The position numbers were made by a program, and so were the translations under genes. Below the pieces are notes generated by a model. The model did not search any database, was not told where the DNA came from, and was given only the letters and a program-made list of their open reading frames with translations. 64,000 nt of DNA from Octopus bimaculoides (lineage: Eukaryota), in assembly GCF_001194135.2 (NCBI RefSeq), contig NC_068993.1:26055321-26119320 (forward strand), read 5' to 3'. This document shows positions 14,110 to 26,762 of this stretch, piece after piece (the stretch's first letter is position 1; every line of letters begins with the position of its first letter).

Positions 14110-14443
14110 CAGCAAATAAGAAAAGGGAGAGGATATAAAACCGACAGACATCAGCCAGTAAACATTGAAGTATGTCTATTTATTCAATTGTAAAGGATGA
14201 ATGCACTCACATGTATGAGTTATACAGATTAGCGATTGGAAAAAGCTGGTAACTGCATAGACAAGGGTGTGAATACATATAAATATATAGAAACAAATGA
14301 GCAAATGAGGAAAAAAATATAAATGGGTGTGCAGGAACTAGTACATGTGAGTGCATTCATCCTTTACAATTGAATAAATAAACTTGAATGTTTATTGGCT
14401 GATGTCTGTCGATTTTATATCTTCTCCGTTTTCTTATTTGCTG
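14110..14443. mobile_element. foldback/MITE-like element with about 105-bp terminal inverted repeats and TA flanks
   Basis: Arm 14110-14215 (cagcaaataagaaaa...gcactcacatgta) is the reverse complement of 14342-14443 with a few mismatches and one 4-nt indel; TA at 14108-14109 and 14444-14445; 126-bp non-coding spacer. Confidence 0.8.
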
Positions 14444-14599
14444 TATAAATCACACTTTTACCCCTGCCCAGATATAATACTCAACTGTGAGATCACCATG
14501 CAATAACTAGCACTTGACTATGAATAATTGGGTACACTACCAGCAGTATATCGAATAGGTACTATCCCTTAGTTGGTTTCTAAACTCTGACTTACACAG

Positions 14600-14646
<47 letters not shown>

Positions 14647-15331
14647 GTGTGTGTGTGTGTGTGTGTGTTAAATTATAAAGCACTAATAGAGAATGACTCT
14701 CCTCAGACACAACAAAATATGATTCAACACACAAACTCACATAAAGAATCTTGTAAACCAAATCCCAAAACGAAATACATACATATATATATATCAAAGA
14801 AGGCAGTGGTATTGAATTTCCTCCTACAGCAAAAGCCAAACCCATAGAATTGGCAAATTAAAAGGTGATTACTGTCAGTGCCCAGCATTTCCGTAGCCTC
14901 ATGGCTGAAACATATGAAAGAATAGAAGAATATATACACATATATACTTATTTTTATATATACATAGCAGCCAATGGAGCCCTCTCCACGGAGACATTAA
15001 TAGAAAGTGTAATGCCTCAGAGAACTGCATTGAGGCCACTGCCATCAAGTATTATTCTATGAATGTGCAATGCTAATTTGTATGAATGGCTGAGCATCAA
15101 AGTAACTATTCTTGAAATGTACTGACAATTCCTAGAATAGTGTCTGATATTTGTAAACTTATCCTAGCTAAATTAACATACTAAAAAACAGACAATCAAA
15201 TTCATTTGGACTCTTAATTCATAAGAATTTTTTTCAAGGAAGGTCATATACCAGTTTTCCCTTACAATGGTTTTATTATATTACACATCAAATGCAAGTT
15301 TAGGAAAGATATCCCTGTTCCCTATCATCAT

Positions 15332-15363
<32 letters not shown>

Positions 15364-15467
15364 GCATATACATGTGCTCAAGAATGCTGACAGGTTTATT
15401 AATGATAGAAAATGGTGTATCAAAACAATGGAAAAACTATTGCTAAATGTCAGCAATTGAGTAAACA

Positions 15468-16710
15468 CAGGGTGTTGGACAAAATAATAGAAACGCCTAG
15501 CATTGTAATTTTGAAATATCTATAAAACCCTCAAAAGCTTGTTTTTTCATTTATTATTAGTGTTGCTTAATATGTTTTGCTAAAATTGCTGTTTCTTTTG
15601 AGATATCATCAGAAAAAGGTAATTAAAATTCATTAAAATGAGAGATCTATCAGACTTTCAAAGAGGTCAAATTGTTGATGCTCATATGACAGGCACTAGG
15701 GTAACAAAAACAACTGAAATGTTGGGTGTATCAAGAAGTAGTGTCTCAAAAGTAATGACAGTCTTTGAGAAAGAGGGAAAAACTTCCTCGTCAAAACAAA
15801 ACTCCGGAAGAAAACCAAAACTTTCAGATAAGGACTGTCGGACTCTTACATGAATTGTTAGAAAGGATCACAAAAGTACAGCTCCCAAAATTACTGCAGA
15901 TCTTAATGACTACCTCGAGAACCCAGTTTCCACAAAAACTGTTTGCCAGGAGCTGCACAAAGCCAGATTTCATGGGAGGGCTGCAATCAGAAAACCACTA
16001 CTTTCAAAAACAAATGTTGCAGAGTGTTTAGAGTGAAGTAAAAACCAACAGAATTGGTCCCTAGAGCAGTGGAAGAATGTTATTTTCTCAGACAATTCAT
16101 CCTCTACCACTGGCTGAGTATACATGTGGAGACAGCTAAAAGAAGCATTTGACCCAGACTGCCTTTTTCCAACTGCTAAACATGAAGGAAGATCTGTGAT
16201 GATCTGGGGGGGCTATATCTCGGAAATCTGCCAGCCCAATGGTTTCCCTTCATGGCAGAATTATTAGTCAAGACTATTCAAGTATTTTACCTGATTAAAT
16301 TCATCCTATGGTTGCGGAACTGTTTCCAGAGGGAAATGCAATCTTTCGGGATGATAATGCACCAATTCACACAGCTAAAGTTGTTACTGAATGGCACAAG
16401 GAACATTCTAGTGATGTTGAACATCTTATCTGGCCACCACAGTCCCCAGATCTCAATATTGTTGAACATTTATGGTGCATTTTAGAAAAACAAGTAAAGA
16501 GTCGATATCCTCCACCACCATCACTAGAAGAACTGGAGACTGTTTTAGCTGCAGAATGGACAAAAATTCCTTTGGAAACAATTCAAACTTTGTACGAGTC
16601 CATACCTCGTAGAATTCAAGCTGTAATTACTGCCAAAGGTGGTCCTACTCCATATTAAAATAAATTTGTTTGAAATTTTAAGGTGTTTCCATCATTTTGT
16701 CCAACCCCTG
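15468..16710 (+). mobile_element. TIR-bounded Tc1-superfamily transposon with DD36E spacing (Incomer-like), inactivated
   Basis: About 30-bp TIRs cagggtgttggacaaaataatagaaacgcct / aggtgtttccatcattttgtccaacccctg, followed by TA on the right (CA on the left); 1243 bp overall. Confidence 0.92.
15638..16658 (+). pseudogene. Tc1-like transposase pseudogene (paired-like HTH, GRKPK linker, VIFSD, DDNAPIH, WPPQSPDLNIVE)
   Basis: Read across in-frame TGA stops and a frameshifted middle section; 36 residues between the second catalytic D and E in ORF 16308-16658. Confidence 0.9.
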
Positions 16711-17227
16711 TAAATATATGTACATACACAGAATTGAAGCACTTAGATACAGTTATAACATCACAGTTGAAAATATTATCATCCATGAATCAGACAGACT
16801 TTGCATACCCAGTTGTCGTTCCAGTCTCCAACCGTCACCTGTTTACAAGTAAAGTAATATTTCACCTTGCCCAGACATGATTACATGGAAGATTGGCAAC
16901 AAAGAACAACTCTTGCATGACAGTGACACTTGCTTACAATGACTGGCCATATGTACGCATCAATTTGATTATTGGTGTAACCATGATATTCTGATGATCT
17001 CATGAGTTAGTCTTCTTTATTTTCATTGACATGTGAATATACAGCTGTATTGTATAATGCAGAGCATACATATTAATGCAAACTATATGCATAATTTCTT
17101 CCACACTGAAATTAATGCTACATAAAGAAGGATGCAAAACAGCTGTAATCCTAAGGATGGCATATGGTTAAATAAATATCTATTCATCTCTCATATCTCC
17201 TGGCTTTTATGGCTTATATATGCCTTA

Positions 17228-17558
17228 CATATATACATATATACCTTACTGGCACTTGTGCCGGTGACATGTGAACAAAACATTCTAGTGAGGTCATTGC
17301 CAGTGCCGCTGGACTGACTCCTGTGCAGGTGGCACGTAAAAAACACCATTTGAGCGTGGCCACTGCCAGTACCACGAGACTGGCCCTCATGCCGGTGGCA
17401 CGTAAAAGTACCCACTACACTCTTGGAGTGGTTGACGTTAGGAAGGGCATCCAGCTGTAGAAACTCTGCCAGATCAGATTGGAGCCTGGTGCAGCCATCT
17501 CGTTCGGCAGTCCTCAGTCAAATCATCCAACCCATGCTAGCATGGAAAGCGGACGTTA

Positions 17559-17600
<42 letters not shown>
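17228..17600 (+). mobile_element. RTE 3' UTR/tail fragment ending in (GAT)n
   Basis: ggaagggcatccagctgtagaaactctgccagatcagattggagcc...gcatggaaagcggacgttagatgatgat is the reverse complement of 26760-27000. Confidence 0.88.
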
Positions 17601-17601
17601 A

Positions 17602-18287
17602 CTAGCTGAGGTACCCGATAATAAATTCCCATTAATAAGATGTCTGTTGATAGCCATGAAACATTTTTCGTCAAAATTCAGCATTTTTCAAAAAATTTAA
17701 ATCTATATTAATGGGCAGGATCAATTTGACAAAAAAATGAACAGTATCTGGTGGCGAACCCATGTCGTCATCATTTTTGTGCATGTGCGTAAGATGGCGA
17801 AATTTTGCATTGTGGTGCAGATTTCGTCAAATTGATGTCACGACTGCTAGTGCACAAAATACCTAAACTTTGCTTGAGAAATAAAATGCTCTTACCTAAT
17901 CAAAACCTAAAACGGTGTGGAATTAAAACAATGAATTGAAATAATAAGTTTTTGCAAATCAAAACAATTCGCATTGAAATAAAGAATTAGCAAATGCTAA
18001 ATAGATTACCATTAATAAGATGCCTGTTTACACCCATGAAACATTTTTTGTCAAATTGATGTCATGATGGCTAGTGCAAAAAATGCCGAAATTTTACGAT
18101 TTATGAAAAATCGATGCTGATTAAAAATCGATTTTAAAAAAATTTCAAGTGTATTAGTGACCACAAGGGCATAAGCCCCACACACGTGTCAAGTTTCATC
18201 AAGGTCTGTTGGATAGTCTCTGAGGAGTTAAAGTAACAAATTCACAAACACACAAACTTGCCATTTATTATTATTATATATATAGGA
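17602..18287 (-). mobile_element. non-autonomous Helitron-like element with internal direct repeats
   Basis: On the minus strand it ends in CTAG followed by T (17602-17605); the other end carries aagtttcatcaagg...cacaaacttgccatttat...tatagga, resembling the termini of Lep1-type non-autonomous Helitrons; the subterminal hairpin is not clearly intact. Confidence 0.5.
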
Positions 18288-18339
18288 GAACAATAAGAAT
18301 ATATCTGTATAGATGTATGCATGTAGGTATGTATATGTA

Positions 18340-18344
18340 CATAC

Positions 18345-18413
<69 letters not shown>

Positions 18414-18619
18414 CATACATATATATATATATACATATATATACATATATACATATATATATACATATATATATATATATACACACACAAACACAAATAT
18501 ACACACATGCACATGTATATATGAAGATTATTATCATTACTATAAGTATTATTATTATTATTATTATCATTATTACTACTACAACAACTACTACTACTAC
18601 TACTAGCAGCAGCAGCAAC

Positions 18620-18674
<55 letters not shown>

Positions 18675-18675
18675 T
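18340..18675. repeat. compound microsatellite (TA/TACA/TAT/TAC/AGC/TAG)
   Basis: Direct reading. Confidence 0.95.
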
Positions 18676-18699
18676 TGGCAGTATTATAATTTCTTAACT

Positions 18700-19620
18700 A
18701 AACACAAGAGCCCAAAGAAGACAACACAAGTACAAAATATAAAAATGGAGGGGAGTGTGCCTACATACCCCAAAACAAAGGGGTATCAGGCAACAAAAAA
18801 ATTGCCCAATAAGCTGCTTAGGGCCAATCAAAGAAACCTCACAAAATCTCAATGGGTTTGGCCACCAAGGGCAAGTGTCCTCTAACACCTGCCATTTCCC
18901 AACCTAAAGGCGCATTGCTCAGAGTAGGCCTTTTCATACATTCTATATCTGCAACTCTTACCCACTTCCAAAGAATCTTCTGGGAAGCAGCAGCTCCCTA
19001 TCCACCATCATTTTTCTCTTCAAATGAAACTTGAAAAATTGATGGGGGCTTGACCAAAGAGCAATGTGTTTGTCTTCAATCCTTTCCATCTCTTTCACCA
19101 CAAATCCCCTTTCACTATAGCCATTTTCAGCCAAATAAAAACAGTAGGGTGATTTTCACTATGAACTTGACTAATGAACAGATTGGTCCTACACACAATA
19201 GCAGCTGTTCAACAAAACTCCATTAAGTCACTAATGCTCAGACGCATGCAAGACAGTGTGTGACTGTTCAAATCTCAAACAAGCCTGATTGACTGCACTT
19301 GCATGCCTGTAGAGTTTGTCCTGAACTGACAAAGCATCCTTCCACCACTGTAGCCTAGTCTGGCTAGAGATTTCAAAAAGTTTTTCTTAGATCCCGATCC
19401 AAAAGTTCTCTAGAACAGACAGCTAGTTGAATCTCATTAACAGTTTCCCAGAGAACATTGATTTTCACCAGTCTTCTATATGAAAGTTGCACCAACCATA
19501 TTGCTTGACTTGTAGAGAGGGCTGTAAGTGACAACACACCAGATGCCAGGTACCCACTCCTAGTCTTTGCCTGACTCAGGACAACTACAGCTCTGTTAAG
19601 GAGACAAACTGTGAAAATAT
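18700..19620 (-). mobile_element. decayed L1/Tx1-like ORF2 C-terminus plus T-rich 3' UTR
   Basis: Minus-strand SVQDKLYRHASAVNQACLRFEQS (cf. LPV.D.L.R......C.RC....ET..H zinc-knuckle region) and a downstream INFSSFI*/FFKFHLKRK-like segment; pyrimidine-rich tail. Confidence 0.6.
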
Positions 19621-21848
19621 GTAAGTGAACAGGAATCTCTCTTCTAAATTAATAGTGTTTAAAACAAAGTGGGTGGATTTTCCAATTTTGTTGCCAACAT
19701 GTTGCGATTAAGGGTGGGATACATAAAGTTTAGTCGTCTTGAATTAGTGTGGAAGCAGGGTCATTCACAACATAAACCTCCACAAATGATAAATCCTAAA
19801 TATCTTCCCATACCCCTAAAGGAAACAAGAGACTTCATTGTTAAGTGAATTGATGGAAGACAAATAGAGGATCCCAACAGTAGATAGAGTATACAGTTGA
19901 TGAATGTATATCACATATATATTACATACACGCACACACCCACATAAACACACATGATTTGTTTATACAAAATTTGTCTACTGGCCCAGCAGCAAGCAAA
20001 ATGTTATCAGTGTGCATTTATAAGGAATGTCTGTGAGTGGTATTCTAACACTCAAGAAAGCTAGAATACTGTTTTACATTTTTACTAGTTTCAGTTATTA
20101 GACTGCAGTAATACAGAAGCACTGCCTTCAAAAGTTGTATTAACCTCAGTGCATTAATCTGGTATTTATTTTATAAATCTTTATTTATTTGCTAGCTATG
20201 TTCACCTAAATACTGAATGTATTTTTGTTCCACACTGCAATATATTGGTAACCCATCAATGGCACACTCACACTCTCTCTCTCTCTTTCTCATACACACA
20301 CGACAGAATTTCAGAGTTTCTGAATACAAACTTATTCCACTCACAAAGTATTGGTCAATTTGAGACCATGGTAGAATGCATTTTCTCACAGTGAATCAAA
20401 ACTGGAACCAAGTGGTTATGGTTAAAACTTCTAAACCACATAGCTATGGCTGCACCCAATGTCCATAACAACCTGCTCAGACCTGCACTATAGCAGTGAA
20501 TATCACTTTAAGAAAACTTATAAAATACATATCCATGTATATGCCACGCCACAAAATAAACAAATTTTCTGTGACTTTTAAAGTTTACTCTTTCATGAAA
20601 GATACAATAAGGGTTCACAGAATAGAGAGCACTGTCACAAGATCTTTGGTGGGCATATTGTCTTGCTTATGTGGATATATTTTCACTGAACTTTTGAACA
20701 CATATCTGAAATCTACACTCTAAGATGTATCAAATGAGATTGTTCTAAGTTTTCAAAAAGAACACTTACAATAAAAAATTAATCTTACATAGGTATAAAG
20801 CTTCAGAGAATATATTGCTACTAGGAAACTTTTACAATTAAACTATGTTATAATGTTATGTAATAATACGTCATGTAGATGCATGTATATAGAAAGTTAT
20901 GACATTCAAGAAGTCCCTTACAATAAATAATTGCTATATTTTATCAAGATGATATCTCAGATTTATATGCAAAATAAAATCAACAGTTATGATGATCATC
21001 TTTTATAAAGGCATTACTAATTTTGGTGAAACAATAAATAAAATAATTAAAGTCACCCAATAAATAATGTGTTTTGCATTCCTTTTAATGTGTCTGTTAC
21101 CTTTAGCTGCCAGTGAAGAGGATTCAGACATGAAATATCTAATTATAAATAGTTTTCTCCATAGACTTTAATTTGCGCTTTTTCCCCAACTAGTTCTCAA
21201 TTGAAATTAATGTGCTACAGGCACAATTTTTCATTTACAGTCCCTGACTACATTTTAAAAGTCACTGATCCATAATTGCTACTAGAGGAAGATCTTAACT
21301 GCAGATGAACAACAGTTATTGATGATGATGATGATGATAATGATGATGTTGTTTTAATGTTTTTTACAAGATAAATGACACAACTAAAATATTATTTGCT
21401 TCATCCTGAGCAGAAACAATGATAATGTCTGTTCTGGGAATTGTTAGTGACTGAACTAGTTTATAACTTTTACTCACAGACCTATAACAGCTTGCCATGC
21501 AGTTTTATCTTCAGATGTTGGCTTCCGGTCAATAAAAAATGAAATCCAGGTGAACAGGCTATTATACACTGAGCAAACAACACTGAAGGAGATCTTTTGA
21601 GGTTATTTGGCTGAGATGGTCATTAGTGTTTATTATATCTGTTGTTTGTTTTATCTTCAGTAATGGGAGAGAGAAATTAGCTAAAGTATTATTTCAACTT
21701 TTATTATTTTAAGTGGTAGATACTAAAATGGTTGCACGCTGAACTACACAGCTTCAACACTTAAGTTCAAATCCAACAAAGTCTAACTGTAACTTTCATA
21801 TATCATCTTAAAGTCAATAAAATAAGTTTTGAGGTGTTTAACCATTAA

Positions 21849-22069
21849 CTCTTCAGTCCTCACATTGCTCTATTAAATGTAATACTTACATATTCACATT
21901 GTTTTATATTAATCATGCAATATCTCATAGCTTTGAGATTTCAATGATATGACCGTTTCATTTTTAGAATGGCATTGTAGGAGAGATGTGAGGGGCCAGA
22001 TCTGGCTGATTTGAACATAAAGCAGGTAGAATATTTCGGCCAGATATGGCCAGTTTGAATGCTAAAAGA
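21849..22069. mobile_element. piggyBac-derived MITE (family M1)
   Basis: TTAA on both sides (21845-21848, 22070-22073); both ends align to the termini of the piggyBac at 41811-43598. Confidence 0.8.
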
Positions 22070-22691
22070 TTAAATTTCTATACTGCAAATATCTGCAACT
22101 TCCCCAAGTCCTCAGCTGCATATAACCACAATTCAAATATTATTATTATTTGGAGTTGAAAACTGGAATTAGTACTTTTCTGCACAAGAAACAAAATTTA
22201 GTCTCATTTTAGAAAGAGATTCAAGTTAAATGACTTCCTGTTTGCACCCTGTGAGTTTATATTTTGTGTTTTATCAAGTGGTTTTCTATGAAATTTTCTT
22301 ACTTTGATTTTCAAGCATAATGAGTAAGTCACAGTAAGTCAGAATTCAGTGAAACTAATTTCCTAATGATTTATTATAATTTCAGTATTTCATTATAGAG
22401 AAAAGGCTTATCATCTATAAACCTCAGCTATCTAAGTCATATTGGCATTTATTGAATCTAAGCAAGAATGGAGTTCTCTCATGGTTGATAATGCATTGAT
22501 GATTTTGCTAGTGAATGGTAACTGATATAATTTAAATAGAGGATTTCTGTATACTGGTAGGTTTATGAAGAGAGAATAATAAGTCTAAATAACACAGATG
22601 TATTGGGCCTTACAAAACCTTTGAATAGTAGCTGTGGAGCAACATAGTTATAGAAATTAACTAGAGGATAAGTTCAACTCAGAATCAAGAA

Positions 22692-23410
22692 ATCAAAGAG
22701 TGCAGAGAACAGGGATGGACTGTCGAGTATTACCACCTGGCAGTGGGGGCTAGGAGCTTTATTGAAAGAAAAATGACAACATTATTCAAAAGAAGATTTG
22801 CATTTTCTAGCTTGGAACTGAGAAAACTAATAAGGAGAATACAGGAGGCAGTCGAAAAAGCCAGCTTCTATATATGGCTGAAGCGGGAAGACCAACAATG
22901 GCTTGAAAGTCATAACATGCCAGCAGGAAAATAACATCACTAGGTGAGACAGGCTGACACTGAAGTAGCTTTGCTGATTGACAGGTGATGGTCTCACTTA
23001 GAGAATGTGTGGGCTAAGACTACGCGCCCTCCATTGGACAATTAAAGTTTAGACAGTGTCACATGACAACTTGCTGGGGCTGCCTGATGGAGCCCAGCAG
23101 CGGGTATTTAAAGGGAAATTTGACAAGACAGTCAGTCGTCCGCTGACACTCGTTGACGCTGAATCAAAGAGGCCAGGGAACAGAAGAAAGAAGGAGAAAG
23201 AAGACATGCACTCAACACCAGAGTTGAAGACACTTCCGAAAGGGAGGGTGGCCCCACCATGTCAAAACGGTAGAGGAGTAGGGGCCGAAACCAGACGTGG
23301 TTCCACCTGATGATGTCTTGAGCTAACTGGATCCTATAAAGGAGCTGTTGTGGTAGCAGACCACGAAACATGGTTGAAACTCCTAAGAACATGTGAAAAC
23401 CCAGGAGTTG
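22692..23410 (+). mobile_element. HERO-like (R2 group) non-LTR 3' fragment: REL C-terminus plus GC-richer downstream region
   Basis: Open frame 22692-22934 IKECREQGWTVEYYHLAVGARSFIE...IQEAVEKASFYIWLKRED..W resembles the C-terminal ECR..GW....VEVG.RGF...AAE.AS.W.W.KR motif; inclusion of 22935-23410 as 3' UTR is inferred. Confidence 0.65.
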
Positions 23411-26079
23411 ATTTTAGATAATGATATTTTTATGTTTTTTTTTTATACTGGATTAACAGCATTTTAATCAGAATCTCTAATTTCTAACAGAACAGGGAGA
23501 TTCATAGAAAGAAGGCATGACAGGGCTTTAAAAGTTGATCAAGAACAACCCTCTATAAAAATGTGCATCCTTGTTAAGAATTAATATTCCTATTTTTTAG
23601 CAATTGTGTAGCTCTCATGCTAAATATTACAGTAATAAACTTTATACAGTGAGGATATTATTACAAAATGATGCTTCCAAGAGAAGATGCATTTTAGACC
23701 ATAAGAGACATTATCCAATTACTATGATGAATAATGACATTAAAAGAAAGACATAATTAAAAAAATATCTTCTGAAGCTTTAATTAATAGTTTCTGAAGT
23801 CAGTAGTATTGGAATATCAACAGATCTATTAAACACTATTAGACACTACATGTACATTATATAGCATAGTATCAATGCAACAGAATGACACAGAAATTAA
23901 ATAAAATACTATATGTAGCCAAGACACAGAGAGCTGTACTTGCTTGTGCTAAGACATAAAAAAAGACTATCTTATAATAGAGCAAGAGAACATGAAGCAT
24001 AGTCTTGTTTTTAACTAGCCAAAACTCCAGGGTCATTCTGTTCAGACTAAAATGAGTGTCATGCAATCTTAATAATTTCAACTCAAATACATCATCAAAA
24101 TTTAATTCTTACTGCCTATTTTGATGGTTTCATCATAGCCTTCGTTCTGTTTGAATAATCTAAGCAATGACAAATTTACTATGATGTGTACTTCCTGTTC
24201 ACTCACTTTCATTTTAGTAAAACAACTGTAAATTTTCACGTTAACATTTTTCAAAAAGCCATTTGGATTTCTATTATAAACATCTAGAATTCCTAATCTT
24301 TCACTTACTTTGCATGAATTGTTGTTCATGTGTATGCCACTTTTGTTTAAAAATTAAGAAATATGACTGTATCAGAGCATTTGTCCAATAATGTTGGTTA
24401 CTGAAATAAGTGATTTGGCTGCACTTTCTAGCAGATCAAACACCCTCATCAAGGCTCCATCATGCACCATTGATAGCATATCAAAGTAATTTATAACATA
24501 TCAAAGTGCAAATCCATTTGATTAATTTATCTCATGATGATACCACAATGCAGGCAATCTTTCAATTTATATATATATATATATATTATCAAGACAACAT
24601 ACATTTCCATTCAGAAATTTCCTTTTCACATACTTTCAAATAATATTTTTGTGTAATATTTTGAAACAAGCTTTCAACTTGTCATCCTGATGAAAAAATG
24701 TTACTTTCAGGTAAATGAAGAAAATTACAATGTATTTTCAAAGAAATGAGGAATTATGTATCAAGTATAAAAAATTTATTGAGTAATCATCATGGCTTAC
24801 TTGAAATTCTAAAACATAAATGAAGTATTGTTTACTATAAATAGAAAAAAATTATTTTAAAAGCACATGTATTATGAGGAGAGAGAGAGTAAAAGTTTAG
24901 ATACCTTAAAAGAATTCCATAAAAAAGCATTGAAAAACTATCAACTAATAAGATATAAGAGTCTCTTCTCTAGATGGGCTGCAGTGAGTTCTATAGGGTG
25001 TTAGTAGTTGTAGGGGGATGAAGTATTTTCTGATTCTAAAGAGAAATGCCAGTGTTTGAAATGCAGTTTGCTATGTTAAGGATGTTCTATTTCCAACAGT
25101 AATCCTGTAATAATCTTGTGGAAGGGTGCAATATGATGGGGAACAAAAATGTGAAGAAATATAATTTTTTTTTTTTTTTTTTTTTTTTTGGTAAAGGGCC
25201 AAAAAGATGAAAAAATTTTTTTTTCCAAAATGGTCATCTCAGTTGTTTGAAACACCAGAATACAAAAAAGAAATTAAGAAAAAAGTAAATAATCATGTCA
25301 TAAGCGAAAACTATGTCAAAATTCTGCCAACATTTTTTCTCTCAAAAAAATCTTTTCAAATTTCAGGAAAGTGGTGGAGGTGGGAGGGATTAAGCAAGAA
25401 AGGCTGTACCCAATGATTTTTTACTGGTAAGAAAAGAGTGAGGAAGATAGGCTTAAACCCAAGATCTAGCTCATCTGCTTACAATAGATTGAATTCTGCT
25501 AAACACCTCAATGGTGCTAGGTGTTGGTCTTAAACATGTGATTGTTTAAATCTACTACCCAATTAAGCTAAAGTGGAGGAATTTGAACTCAAAACACAAA
25601 GAGAAGGAACAAACACCACAAAGCATCTGATCTGACATTCTTACAGTCCTGCTAATTCCTCAACCTGGATTGATATTATCTTTTTGATTTCAAAAGAATG
25701 GAAGTCAAAGTTGACTTGAGCTGACTGAGAAGCACTCAATCACTTACAGATGCACTATTTCTACTCTCTCTCTTTTCTGGAGCAAGCTGGCCTCATATCT
25801 ACACTATTCAGGTATCACCAACCCACTTCTCTTTCCACCACTCATTACCTTCATGGCCTCTAATAACCACTCTGATCCACACCATCACCACTGAACATTA
25901 TGTCTAGTCCTTTCTTCTCAGCATATTGGCTCTGTGGGAGCTTCTCCCTGCTCATGTCTTTACTGCCAGTGTTTAAAGATAACATTAATAGCATCAAGCT
26001 ACTACCCAGTTTCAGAAGGCCTTCTAAGTACTGCAACTTGCTCTAGATTCAGAAAGTAAAATGAAAATCTTTGGGCTAG

Positions 26080-26520
26080 GAATATCAAATCAATCCCAGT
26101 TGTTGACAGGTATTTATTTCATCAACACCAGAAAGATAGAAGGTAAAGTCAAAGCAGGTAGAATCTGAATACATAATGTAAACGAACATAACTAAACTGG
26201 CATTCTGACAGTTACAATGATGAGGGTTCCAGTTGATCCGATCAACAGAATAGCCTACTCGTGAAATTAACGTGCAAGTGGCTGAGCATTCCACAAACAC
26301 ATGCACCCTTAACTTAACTCTCAGGGAGATTCAGTGACACAAAGTGTGACAAGGCTGACCCTTAGAAATACAGGTAGTAAACATGTTTGCCAGCAGAATG
26401 GACTGGGGCAGTGTGAAATAAATTGTGTTGCTCAACGACACAAAGTGCCACTGGAAATTGATCTCATTACTTCACAACTATGAAGCGAATACCCTAACCA
26501 CTAAGTCATGCACCTTCACA
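26080..26520 (-). mobile_element. SINE cluster: family-B fragment plus a tRNA-headed family-D SINE
   Basis: Minus-strand head gtgaaggtgcatgacttagtggttagggtattcgc... with a CORE-like gtgtcgttgagcaacac segment. Confidence 0.65.
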
Positions 26521-26709
26521 AAGGAAAATAACTAAATACTAAAAGGCATTCTATTCAATGCCCTACTTATTCTTTCAGCTACCATCATGTTAATAATAGA
26601 AATAATTATTATAACTATGAAAAACAGTAGAAAGTTGAAACTTCAAAAGAAACAGCACTTAGTAAAGTTACACCAGCAAAATCTGAAATGTCTTCTTTGT
26701 TTGTCACAA

Positions 26710-26759
<50 letters not shown>

Positions 26760-26762
<3 letters not shown>

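Noticed and set aside
21500-21600. Possible small exon after ttttatcttcag (DVGFRSIKNEIQ...)
   Set aside because: Too short, weak donor and no recognisable homology; similar candidates at about 20600, 24300, 51800 and 62130 were also unsupported
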